Below are positions 39,920 to 49,779 of a DNA stretch of 64,000 nt, in pieces. How positions within the stretch are numbered: position 1 is the first letter of the stretch; every line of letters starts with the position of its first letter. Location of the stretch: assembly GCA_044464225.1 (NCBI GenBank), contig JBIQLN010000005.1, forward strand, positions 31,659 to 95,658. Reading direction: 5' to 3'. Source of the DNA: Rhodanobacter sp. GTDB lineage: Bacteria > Pseudomonadota > Gammaproteobacteria > Xanthomonadales > Rhodanobacteraceae. The translations under genes and the position numbers were made by a program. The notes beneath the pieces were generated by a model. That model was not told the DNA's origin, did no database searches, and was given only the letters and a program-made list of their open reading frames with translations.

Positions 39920-40492
39920 TCAATAACGGGTGCCGCCGCGCGCGCCGTATTCCGCGAGTACCGCGCGCGCTTCAGCGCGACGAAGGTCGCGCTGCACCCG
40001 AATGCCGCGTCGTTCCAGTTCGCCGATCCAGTCCGACGGCAGCGGGCCCTCGTCGAAGCCGGCCAGGGATTCGGTGTCTTCGGTGCGCGCCGCAACCAGC
40101 AGTTCGTTGATGCCGCCCCACACGATCGCGCCGTAGCATTGGCAGCAGGGTTGCGAACTGGATGCGAGGGTGTAACGACGTCCGTCATCATCGAGGCGGG
40201 CTCGTCCAAGCTTCTGCTGCGCACCGGCGAGCGCTACGATTTCCGCGTGCGCCAGCGACGACTTCAGCAGTTCGACCCGATTGACGCCAACCGCCACCAG
40301 GCGCCCGGCATCATCGAATACCGCGGCGCCGAACGGACCGCCGCTGGCATGGTCGACGTTCGAACGCGCGAGCTGGATCGCCAGCGCGATTCGGTCGTCG
40401 GCGTCGGCGTAGGTGCGTTCGAAATCGATCGTTTCCGCGATCCATGCGGGCAAGGTGCGGACCGGATGCGGCGTCGGGCCATGGTTGTCCAT
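39920..40492 (-). CDS. CMP/dCMP-type zinc deaminase (nucleoside/guanine-deaminase-like)
   Basis: Zinc-binding motifs HAEIVAL and PCCQCYGAI (HAE ... PCxxC). 190 aa with no signal peptide. Confidence 0.85.
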   Translation of the reverse strand: MDNHGPTPHPVRTLPAWIAETIDFERTYADADDRIALAIQLARSNVDHASGGPFGAAVFDDAGRLVAVGVNRVELLKSSLAHAEIVALAGAQQKLGRARLDDDGRRYTLASSSQPCCQCYGAIVWGGINELLVAARTEDTESLAGFDEGPLPSDWIGELERRGIRVQRDLRRAEARAVLAEYGARGGTRY

Positions 40493-40527
40493 GACGCCAC
40501 GCTAACACGGCCGACCTGAAGGTTCGG

Positions 40528-41571
40528 TCAGCGGCGGGGCGGGCTGCGTGCTTCGATCGCGTGCAGCAGCCGGAGGCTCCGCGGCGCGGCCAGTCCGCCG
40601 TAGTGGGCGTCGATGGCGTCCAATGCGCGCGCCGCCTCTTCGCGACGTCCGGCATCCAGCAATGCCTCGACGTTGTCGAAGTCGTCGACCAGCGACGCAT
40701 GGACGCGTGCACGACAGCGGGCCGTTTTCCGGCTGTTCACGGGCGTCGGCTTCGACAGCAGGTCGAGCGCGCGCGCCAATCCCGACGCATCGGCCAGCGC
40801 ATGTGCGGTGTGCAGCAAGGTGACTTCTTCGACATGGAACGTACACCAGTCCTGCAATGCCGCGCGCGCGCGGACCTGCTGGGCCTGCCGGATGGCATCA
40901 TCGCCGCCGGTGACGAACACGATGTGCGAGGATTGCTGGAAGCGATGGAAAATGTCGGAGGGCGGCAGAGGAACCTGCGCCGTCCCGATTGGATCGCTGC
41001 CCGCATTGAGGAACGCGCCCCGGAAGACATCCGGATATCCCAGCGCCAGCCGCAGGGCCACGCGCGCGCCACCCGAGAAACCGCCGATGTATACGCGCCT
41101 CCTGTCGACGTGATGGCGCCGCATCACGTTCCACGCCGCCAGCAGCGCCAAGGGCTCGCGCCGCCGGAGGACATCCGCGTCATTCCCGGATTGCGACGCG
41201 CTGACGAAGATCGTGCGGGTCCGGTCCAGGATTCCGATCCATTGCGGGGGCACACGCGCAGCGCCCCATGGCGGCACGAACACCAGCAATCCATAACCGG
41301 CCGCCGGCGGTGGTCCGGACGGCACGTACATCGCGAAATGCTGTTGCGACGGATCGAGCGGCGAGGCGGCAAGCGCCCGGCTGCGATCGGCCAGCCGGCC
41401 TTCGATGCGCCGCGCCTGCAGCGGACTGACGAGGCGTCGCAGCAGCTCGCCGTTGCGGGCAAAAGGCGACGTCTGGTCGAACACCACATCGGGGTGCAGC
41501 CCGCTCGATGCCGCGCGGGCGCCCATGGCCACCATCGACAGTGCGATCAGCGCGCGGGAAACGGGATTCAT
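40528..41571 (-). CDS. Secreted alpha/beta-hydrolase-like protein (esterase/depolymerase-like)
   Basis: ATG at 41571 gives the signal peptide MNPVSRALIALSMVAMGARA. Nucleophile elbow GFSGGA, later GGDD and HTAHA (possible triad). C-terminal helical extension. A TTG at 41586 is an alternative start. Confidence 0.7.
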   Translation of the reverse strand: MNPVSRALIALSMVAMGARAASSGLHPDVVFDQTSPFARNGELLRRLVSPLQARRIEGRLADRSRALAASPLDPSQQHFAMYVPSGPPPAAGYGLLVFVPPWGAARVPPQWIGILDRTRTIFVSASQSGNDADVLRRREPLALLAAWNVMRRHHVDRRRVYIGGFSGGARVALRLALGYPDVFRGAFLNAGSDPIGTAQVPLPPSDIFHRFQQSSHIVFVTGGDDAIRQAQQVRARAALQDWCTFHVEEVTLLHTAHALADASGLARALDLLSKPTPVNSRKTARCRARVHASLVDDFDNVEALLDAGRREEAARALDAIDAHYGGLAAPRSLRLLHAIEARSPPRR

Positions 41572-41582
41572 GCGGTTCGGCG

Positions 41583-42320
41583 TCAAGTTGCCACTGCGCG
41601 ATCGAATGCGGCGCGAACGTGCAGCGCGGTGGAGTCGAGATAACGCACGCCGCCGCTTTCGAAGACTTCATCTTCGTGCGTGGCGAACGCCAATGGCAGT
41701 TCGGTGCATCCCAGATAGACCGCGCTGGAAGGGGGCGCATCGTCGAGGAACACCTCTGCGGCGATGTCCCCGATGCGGCGTGCCGCGTTGCCGGTCGGCC
41801 CGCATCCCAGCGCCTGGATGATCGACTGGACCGCCTCGGCCTGGTGCCGACGGGGCGGCCCGAAGGCATCGATGCCGCGCCGTTCGAACGCTTCGCGGAA
41901 AATCTCCGAGGCCATCACCGTCGCGGTGCCCAGTATCAGGAGTCGGCGGATGCCCAGCCGCAGGCAGGCATCGGCGGCCGCGTCGAGCATGCTCAGTACC
42001 GGGAGGCCGAGGCCACGCGTGATTCCCGCCAGGCGATGATGGGCGGTATTGCAGGCGATCACCGCAAACGCGGCGCCCGCGTGCTCGAGTCGCTGCAGCC
42101 CGGCGCGATGGTAATCGTCGAAGGCGAGCCACGACGCCTCGTCCGGATCGTGGCCGAGCAACGCCGCGGCCCTGGAGAGGTCGAGCGACTCGATCGAGAT
42201 CTCGGGCATTTCCGGCGCACCGTCCGGATCGGCACGTCCCTGCGCCAATCGGCACAACCCCGTGCAGTACGCCGCCGTGGAAGGCCAGGCGATGCCGCCG
42301 AGGATGCCGATCTTTTTCAT
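41583..42320 (-). CDS. Asp/Glu/hydantoin racemase-family amino-acid racemase (YgeA/RacX-like)
   Basis: MKKIGILGGIAWPSTAAY resembles the E. coli YgeA N-terminus. The two catalytic-Cys motifs IACNTAH and GCTELPL are present. A GTG two codons upstream (42326) is possible. Confidence 0.88.
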   Translation of the reverse strand: MKKIGILGGIAWPSTAAYCTGLCRLAQGRADPDGAPEMPEISIESLDLSRAAALLGHDPDEASWLAFDDYHRAGLQRLEHAGAAFAVIACNTAHHRLAGITRGLGLPVLSMLDAAADACLRLGIRRLLILGTATVMASEIFREAFERRGIDAFGPPRRHQAEAVQSIIQALGCGPTGNAARRIGDIAAEVFLDDAPPSSAVYLGCTELPLAFATHEDEVFESGGVRYLDSTALHVRAAFDRAVAT

Positions 42321-42328
42321 GGCCACGA

Positions 42329-42661
42329 TCAGCCCGACGCGGGAATGTTGGATGTTCCCTCGACGATTTCGACGAAATTGCGCTCCTCCCTCAGGATGAA
42401 ACGTTTTTCCTGTGCGAAGGCGAAATTCCGTTTGCCCTCGGCATCCTGTCGCAAACGTTTCTGGTAAGCCTCGTATGCTGCGAGGTCTTCGAATCCGATC
42501 AGCCCCCAGCCGACATCATTGGTGCCTTGCCATGGCAGGAAATAGCCGATCAGGTGGCCGCCGCAACGGGGAATGATCTTGCCCCAGTTTTCGGCGTAGG
42601 CCTTGAAAGCGTCGCGTTGGAAGGGGTCGATTTCGTAGCGGATGATGCAAACGATCTTCAT
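42329..42661 (-). CDS. NIPSNAP-family (dimeric alpha/beta-barrel) protein
   Basis: [41 protein letters not shown] ... fits NIPSNAP. AGGAAG Shine-Dalgarno 7 nt upstream of the ATG at 42661. The track ORF extends to 42823 (see findings). Confidence 0.75.
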   Translation of the reverse strand: MKIVCIIRYEIDPFQRDAFKAYAENWGKIIPRCGGHLIGYFLPWQGTNDVGWGLIGFEDLAAYEAYQKRLRQDAEGKRNFAFAQEKRFILREERNFVEIVEGTSNIPASG

Positions 42662-42918
42662 GCGGGGTCTTCCTGCCTGGGGGAATGGCGGGCGGGCACG
42701 GCGGGCGGGCACCGGCGATACGCCGACGATTGCAGCGACGGTGGTCGCGATACCCGCGCCCAGGAACGCCCGTCGCGTCACGTTGCGGGGCGGTTCCTGC
42801 TTTTTCGGGGGTGGTGGGGGCATGCAAGGTCATCTCGAACTGGACGCGAGGGCGAAGAACCCTCCGCACGTCCATGCTGCGGCTTGCAAGGCATCAATAC
42901 TTCGATTACCGTAAAACA

Positions 42919-43611
42919 ATGGATGTTGACGACCCTGATGCCCGTCTTGCCGCCGTGGCGGCAGCCATTGCCGAGCCGGCCAGGACCCGGATGCTGTGCC
43001 GACTGCTGGATGGCTGCGCCCGAACCAGCACGGAACTGGCGATCGTTGCCGGCGTGAGTCCCTCGACCGCAAGCGTTCACCTGGCCAGGCTGGCCGGGCA
43101 GAAGCTGGTCAAGGTGACACCGCAGGGGCGGCATCGCTACTACAGTCTTCGCGATACCCACGTGGCCGCGGCCATCGAAGCATTGGCGCTGGTGGCGGGT
43201 ACCCCGGGTGAGCCCTTCGCACCCGCCACCCCGGACCGTTTGCGCAGTGCACGAACGTGTTACGACCACATGGCCGGCAGGATTGCCGTGGCGTTGCATG
43301 ATTCCCTGTTCGAACTGCGCTGGCTGTCCGGAGGCAGCGACAACGACTACGAGGTGACGGGCAAGGGCATCGAAGGGTTCGCGGCGCTGGGGGTCGACGT
43401 GTCCACGGCGCGCGCCGCCCGGCGGCGGTTCGCCTGCGGATGCCTGGACTGGAGCGAACGCCGCCCGCACCTCGCGGGCGCACTGGGGGCGGCGTTATTG
43501 GCGGGTGCCCTGGGTCGCGGCTGGATGACCCGGGACCTCGACAGCCGAGCGCTCGCTGTCACCCGAAAGGGACAGCGGGCCCTGCGCGAACGCTTCGGGA
43601 TCGAGGCCTGA
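42919..43611 (+). CDS. ArsR/SmtB-family transcriptional regulator with ~130-aa C-terminal extension
   Basis: wHTH region IAEPARTRMLCRLLDGCARTSTELAIVAGVSPSTASVHLARLAGQKLV ... RHRYYSL. Divergent from the NIPSNAP operon. Confidence 0.85.
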   Translation: MDVDDPDARLAAVAAAIAEPARTRMLCRLLDGCARTSTELAIVAGVSPSTASVHLARLAGQKLVKVTPQGRHRYYSLRDTHVAAAIEALALVAGTPGEPFAPATPDRLRSARTCYDHMAGRIAVALHDSLFELRWLSGGSDNDYEVTGKGIEGFAALGVDVSTARAARRRFACGCLDWSERRPHLAGALGAALLAGALGRGWMTRDLDSRALAVTRKGQRALRERFGIEA

Positions 43612-43635
43612 ATGCCGGGCCCGACCGGCGGCGGG

Positions 43636-43800
43636 CTACACGCCCCGGCGCCGTCCGAAAATCAGCGACACGATGAACAGGATGATGAAGATGACGAACA
43701 GGATCTTCGCGATGCTGGCAGCCAGACCCGCCACACCGAAGAACCCGAAGAAGCCTGCGATCAGCGCGATGATCAGGAAAACGATGGCGTAATAAAGCAT
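43636..43800 (-). CDS. DUF1328 / UPF0391-family small membrane protein
   Basis: Not on the track (54 aa), translated by hand: [62 protein letters not shown] Shine-Dalgarno 5 nt upstream. Confidence 0.8.
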   Translation of the reverse strand: MLYYAIVFLIIALIAGFFGFFGVAGLAASIAKILFVIFIILFIVSLIFGRRRGV

Positions 43801-44085
43801 CGGAACTCTCCTTGTGCCAGGACCGTGGCGTTCGTGTCACGTACTCGTACCCGCCCGGCCCGATCGTGATGCCGGGAAGGCTCCGGACAAGCGGATCCTT
43901 CACTTGTCCGGAGGAGGTTCCCGCGGTGTCGGCACACCTGCGGGGGTGCCTGCCGGGCGTAGAGGGGGATGGCCCGGCGGGCGCGGCTTCATCCTTGAAG
44001 TCGGTGGAAACGCCTGCGGCATCTCCGAACTGAAGGCCGGCGCGCGGACGTCGCGATTCCGTGCGAACGTCCGCACGCCGACACC

Positions 44086-44331
44086 CTACAGCCCTTGCTC
44101 GAATTCGCGCACCTGCAATCGCGCTTCCTGCCGATCGACGCCATAACGATCCTGCAACACGCGCGCGAGATATTCCGCGCTGCCGTCGGCAAACAGGACG
44201 TCGTCGGCAGTGAGTTTGCGCCAGCGGCCCCGCAGCTTGCCGGAGATCGCCGTCCATTCCTTCCGGATCCGGTCGTCCCCGGCTGCCACCTTCCGCGATT
44301 CGACAGGGGGATTGAATTCGATGGTGGGCAT
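44086..44331 (-). CDS. CsbD-family general stress protein
   Basis: GKLRGRWRKLTADDVLFADGSAEYLARVLQDRYGVDRQEARLQVREF fits the CsbD pattern. Starts 3 nt after the BON gene stop. Confidence 0.72.
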   Translation of the reverse strand: MPTIEFNPPVESRKVAAGDDRIRKEWTAISGKLRGRWRKLTADDVLFADGSAEYLARVLQDRYGVDRQEARLQVREFEQGL

Positions 44332-44334
44332 GAT

Positions 44335-44682
44335 TCAGTCCTTGGACTTCAAGCCGGATGCGTCGACGTCCTTCACGCCCTTGACGCTCTTCGCGACGGC
44401 GACGGCTTTGTTGACGGCGTTTTCCGTGTCCAGCACGCCGGTCAAGGTCACCACGCCATCCACGGTCTTCACCGTGACGTCCATGCTCTTGACGCCCTTG
44501 GTGGTGGCGAGTTCGCTTTTCACCTTGGTTGTGATCCAGGCGTCGCTTACGGCCTGGCCCGCATCGGACGAATGATCGGTCGTGGGTGCGGACTGCTGGG
44601 CCGCCAGTGCCGTGCCCGTGGATATACCGAAGCTGACCGCGACGGCGAGCGCGATGAAAGCAAAGTGGCGAGAGTGGTTCAT
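44335..44682 (-). CDS. Periplasmic BON-domain protein (OsmY-like)
   Basis: Trimmed to MNHSRHFAFIALAVAVSFGISTGTALA (signal peptide). BON core AWITTKVKSELATTKGVKSMDVTVKTVDGVVTLTGVL. Confidence 0.8.
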   Translation of the reverse strand: MNHSRHFAFIALAVAVSFGISTGTALAAQQSAPTTDHSSDAGQAVSDAWITTKVKSELATTKGVKSMDVTVKTVDGVVTLTGVLDTENAVNKAVAVAKSVKGVKDVDASGLKSKD

Positions 44683-44968
44683 CGTGTTCTCCTGTTGTGT
44701 TCGAGTGCAGAGCCGCTGCGCGGCGATGCGCATCGAACGTAGCAACAGGAAAATGACCGATCGCTAACCGCGGCTTTGCGCGGACCGATTCGATACCGCG
44801 CTCGTTCAGGTTCGGGACGCGGGGCTTGCGGAAAGCCACATGAAACGCGGGTTTCCCGGGGGAGGCGAGTGCCGCAACGGGCAGCCGAATCTTCAGGATC
44901 CGTTCGGATTCAGGTAAAGAATCCGTCGCGCCTGCGTGACAAGCGCGCGAAGGCGGCACGCCCGGAAA

Positions 44969-46702
44969 TCAGCGGGAGCGCTGTGACCACGTGTCGCGCA
45001 AGGTCACTGCGCGATTGAACACGGGACGGTTGCCCGAATGGTCGTAACGGTCGGCGACGAAGTAGCCGGTGCGTTCGAACTGGAAATGTTGCTCGGGCGC
45101 GGCATCGCGGAGCGAGGGCTCGAGGTGCGCACGTACGCTGCGGCGTGAATCCGGGTTCAGGTGATCCAGCCAGGTCTTGCCGTCGGCATCGTCTTCGGGG
45201 TCGGGGGTGTCGAACAGACGATCGTACAGGCGCACTTCTGCTTCGATCGCGTGTTTCGCGCTGACCCAGTGGATGGTGCCCTTCACTTTGCGATCGGCGC
45301 CTTCCATGCCGTGGCGCGAGCCGGGGTCGAGCGTGCAGCGGAGTTCCGAGGCGTCGCCCGAGGCGTGCCTGACCACTTCCTCGCAGCGCACGATGCCGAC
45401 GCCGCGCAGCCGCACTTCGCCGCCGGGCACCAGTCGCTTGAAACCTTTCGGCGGTACTTCGGCAAAGTCCTCGCGTTCGATGAGGACGTCGCGCGCGAAC
45501 GGCACCTCGCGGGTGCCGAACGAGTCGTCCTTGGGGTGGTTCGGAAACACCAATGTTTCCTCGTGATCGTCCGGAAGGTTGCTGATCACGAGCCGGAGCG
45601 GATCGAGTACCGCCATCCGGCGCGGCGCACGGGCGTCGAGATCCTCGCGCACGCAGTTCTCGAGTACCGCGTAGTCGATGACGCTGTTCTGCTTGGAGAG
45701 CCCGGCGCGCTCCCAGAACGCGCGGATCGCGGCGGCGGTGAAGCCGCGCCGGCGTACGCCGGCCAGCGTCGGCATCCGCGGATCGTCCCAACCGTCCACG
45801 CGCTTGTCGGTCACCAGTTCCAGCAGCTTGCGCTTGCTCATGACCGTGTAGGAAAGATTGCCGCGCGCGAATTCGATCTGACGCGGTTTCGACGGCACCG
45901 TGCGCAGGCCCTTTTCGACCAACGGCTGCCACAGCTCGGGGTGGTTCGGAAAATCCACGTTGTCCACGCACCAGTCGTACAGGGGGCGGTGGTCCTCGAA
46001 CTCCAGCGTGCAGAAGGAGTGCGTGATGCCTTCGAGCGCATCCGACAGTGAATGGGCGAAGTCGTACATCGGATAGATCGGCCAGGCGTCGCCGGTGTTC
46101 TGGTGCGTCACTTTCCGGATGCGATACAACGCAGGGTCGCGCAGGTTGATGTTGCCGGACGCCATGTCGATCCTGGCGCGCAGCGTGCGTGAACCGTCGG
46201 CGAATTCGCCGGCGCGCATGCGGCGGAACAGGTCGAGGTTCTCTTCGACCGAACGATCGCGGTACGGCGAATCGCGGCCGGGCTCGGTAAGCGTGCCGCG
46301 AAATTCGCGTACCTGTTCGGCATCGAGATCGTCCACGTAGGCCTTGCCGTCCTCGATCAGCTTCAACGCGGCGCGATAAAGCGCTTCGAAGTAATCGGAC
46401 GCGTGGCGCAGCTCGCTCCATTCGAAACCGAGCCAGTGCACCGAATCCTTGATGCCTTCCACGAACGCCGGGTCTTCCCTGCCGGGATTGGTGTCGTCGA
46501 GGCGCAGGTTGCAGGTGCCGCCGAATTCGCGTGCGATCCCGAAATCGAGGCAGATCGCCTTGGCGTGGCCGATGTGCAGATGGCCGTTCGGTTCCGGCGG
46601 GAAGCGCGTGGCCACGCGGCCGCCGTGCCGGTTCGAGGCCTGGTCGGCCAGCACGATCTGCCGGATGAAATTGGTGACGACGGGGGCGTGTTCGTCCGCC
46701 AT
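44969..46702 (-). CDS. glnS: Glutamine-tRNA ligase
   Basis: HIGH motif PEPNGHLHIGHAK and KMSKS-type VMSKRK. 577 aa. Confidence 0.97.
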   Translation of the reverse strand: MADEHAPVVTNFIRQIVLADQASNRHGGRVATRFPPEPNGHLHIGHAKAICLDFGIAREFGGTCNLRLDDTNPGREDPAFVEGIKDSVHWLGFEWSELRHASDYFEALYRAALKLIEDGKAYVDDLDAEQVREFRGTLTEPGRDSPYRDRSVEENLDLFRRMRAGEFADGSRTLRARIDMASGNINLRDPALYRIRKVTHQNTGDAWPIYPMYDFAHSLSDALEGITHSFCTLEFEDHRPLYDWCVDNVDFPNHPELWQPLVEKGLRTVPSKPRQIEFARGNLSYTVMSKRKLLELVTDKRVDGWDDPRMPTLAGVRRRGFTAAAIRAFWERAGLSKQNSVIDYAVLENCVREDLDARAPRRMAVLDPLRLVISNLPDDHEETLVFPNHPKDDSFGTREVPFARDVLIEREDFAEVPPKGFKRLVPGGEVRLRGVGIVRCEEVVRHASGDASELRCTLDPGSRHGMEGADRKVKGTIHWVSAKHAIEAEVRLYDRLFDTPDPEDDADGKTWLDHLNPDSRRSVRAHLEPSLRDAAPEQHFQFERTGYFVADRYDHSGNRPVFNRAVTLRDTWSQRSR

Positions 46703-46781
46703 GGCGAGTCCTGCGGTGTGAAGCCTGCAAGTTTAACGAGGTGTGCTTGCGAATGTCCCGGGGAAGGATTAGCTTCTTCCC

Positions 46782-47060
46782 ATGCGAACCGTCTACCACG
46801 CGGAAGGCATCGTCGATGCGCACCTGGTCAAGGATGCGCTGGAGCAGGCCGGCATTCCGGCGTTCGTCAACGGCGAATACCTGATCGGCGGAATGGGGCA
46901 GTTGCCGGCACGCGATTTCCTGACCGTCAGCGTGCCCGACGTGGCAGCGGAAGCGGCGCTGCCGGTGGTGCGGGAGGTCGGCGAAATGTTGCGTTCGCCG
47001 GCCGCGGAACCCGCCGAAGACACGCTGCTCCCGCTGTACCCCGCGCCCGTGGCCACTTGA
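46782..47060 (+). CDS. DUF2007-like small protein (putative signal-transducing fold)
   Basis: MRTVYHAEGIVDAHLVKDALEQAGIPAFVNGEYL resembles DUF2007 (from memory). 92 aa. Confidence 0.6.
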   Translation: MRTVYHAEGIVDAHLVKDALEQAGIPAFVNGEYLIGGMGQLPARDFLTVSVPDVAAEAALPVVREVGEMLRSPAAEPAEDTLLPLYPAPVAT

Positions 47061-47617
47061 ACGCGGCCGCGGCGAGCGCGGAGATCGACGACGCGCTGCG
47101 TGCGCGGCTCGCCGCCCGCATCCGCGATGTTCCCGATTTTCCGTCGCCGGGGGTGCTGTTCAAGGACATCACGCCGCTGCTGGCCGATGCCCGGGCCTTG
47201 CGCGATTGCGTGGACGCGTTGGCGATGCCTTGGCGCGACGCCGGGCTCGATGCGGTTTGCGGCATCGAGGCGCGCGGCTTCGTCTTCGGCGCGGCGCTGG
47301 CGCGCGCGATGGATGTCGGTTTCGTGCCGCTTCGCAAGGCCGGCAAATTGCCGGCGGCGACGCGCAGCGTCGAATACCTTCTCGAATACGGCTCCGCACG
47401 CCTCGAGGCCCACACGGATGCGCTCACACCCGGCGCGCGCGTGCTGATCGTGGACGATGTGCTGGCGACCGGCGGCACGCTGGCGGCCGGCTTCGAGCTG
47501 GTGCGAAGCCTCGGCGCCGAAGTCGCGGGCGCCGCGGTGGTGATCGAACTGACATTCCTCGAAGGCCGCGCACGCTGGCCCGCGGATGTGCCGCTGCACG
47601 CATTGATCCGCTATTGA
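47057..47617 (+). CDS. apt: Adenine phosphoribosyltransferase
   Basis: DFPSPGVLFKDITPLL and the PRPP-binding VLIVDDVLATGGT. There is no in-frame ATG before the conserved core. The TTG at 47057 gives the expected ~186 aa and overlaps the upstream TGA. Confidence 0.88.
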   Translation: MNAAAASAEIDDALRARLAARIRDVPDFPSPGVLFKDITPLLADARALRDCVDALAMPWRDAGLDAVCGIEARGFVFGAALARAMDVGFVPLRKAGKLPAATRSVEYLLEYGSARLEAHTDALTPGARVLIVDDVLATGGTLAAGFELVRSLGAEVAGAAVVIELTFLEGRARWPADVPLHALIRY

Positions 47618-47663
47618 CCGCCTGCGCTTTTGCAGGTCGGACTCCGGGCTTTTTGCGCAGCCG

Positions 47664-47779
47664 ACAATCATTGCGAAAACGTTGGGCTTCCGCCGATGGA
47701 GCAGGCGTCGGTTGGCGCTGAGCGGGTTTCATCCGCGAAGCCCAACAATCATCGCGGCGTTGGGCTTCCGCCGATGAGG
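47664..47779. repeat. REP/BIME-like intergenic repeat cluster (two direct units plus an inverted partner)
   Basis: acaatcattgcgaaaacGTTGGGCTTCCGCCGATGga (47664-47700) and acaatcatcgcggcGTTGGGCTTCCGCCGATGag (47745-47779). Inverted copy catccgcgaagcccaac at 47730-47746. Confidence 0.6.
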
Positions 47780-47815
47780 CCGGCGCCAATCCAACCTGCA
47801 TATCGTCTGTCCAAC

Positions 47816-48994
<1,179 letters not shown>

Positions 48995-49182
48995 GGAAGG
49001 AGGTCTCGTCGAGCGCCGTCGGATTGTGCGCTCACGAGGCGAACGCTAAACTAACACGATTTTGGGGCCCGATGGATGACGGGACTGCGGCCGCGCCGGC
49101 CGTTCGTCCGTTCCGTGCGCATCGGACAACACCAACCGCGGCGTGGCCCAGGGCCGCGCCTGCAAGCAGTGCGGAGAGGCTG

Positions 49183-49779
49183 ATGGCGGACGAAAGCATC
49201 AACAAGGGTCGACGCAGGTTCCTCACGGCGTCCACCGCCGTGATCGGGGGTGCCGGTTTGGCCATCACGGCGATCCCGTTCGTGGAGACCTGGTTGCCCA
49301 GCGCGCGCGCCGAGTCGGCCGGTGCTCCCGTGACCATCGCGATCGGCAAGATTGAAAAGGGCCAGATGATTCGCGTGGCCTGGCGCAGCCAGCCGATCTT
49401 CGTGGTCAACCGCACCAAGGAGCAGCTGGAATGGCTGCCCAAGCAGGATCCGCGGCTGCGCGACCCGCAATCGAAGGAATCGGAACAGCCGAAGTACTGC
49501 CAGAACGCCACGCGCTCCATCAAGCCCGAATGGATGGTGCTGATCGGCATCTGCACGCACCTCGGCTGCGTGCCGGATTTCAAGGGCGAGGTGAAGCCCG
49601 AACCGTTCGATCCGAACTGGAAGGGCGGCTTCTATTGCCCCTGCCACCACTCGCGCTACGACATCGCCGCACGCGTGTACGACGGCGTGCCGGCGCCGCT
49701 GAACATGGTGGTACCGCCGTACCACTTCGTCGATGACACCCACATCCAGATCGGCGTCGATCCGAAAGGAGCCGCGTAA
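49183..49779 (+). CDS. petA: Ubiquinol-cytochrome c reductase Rieske iron-sulfur subunit
   Basis: Trimmed to MADESINKGRRRFLTAS (Tat motif). Rieske boxes CTHLGCVP and CPCHHSRY. Confidence 0.93.
   Translation: MADESINKGRRRFLTASTAVIGGAGLAITAIPFVETWLPSARAESAGAPVTIAIGKIEKGQMIRVAWRSQPIFVVNRTKEQLEWLPKQDPRLRDPQSKESEQPKYCQNATRSIKPEWMVLIGICTHLGCVPDFKGEVKPEPFDPNWKGGFYCPCHHSRYDIAARVYDGVPAPLNMVVPPYHFVDDTHIQIGVDPKGAA

Noticed and set aside
37122-44968. Possible genomic island integrated at tRNA-Lys
   Set aside because: There is no integrase, recombinase or transposase. I found no direct repeat of the tRNA-Lys 3' end further downstream, and no obvious compositional break. It is better described as a variable chromosomal region.
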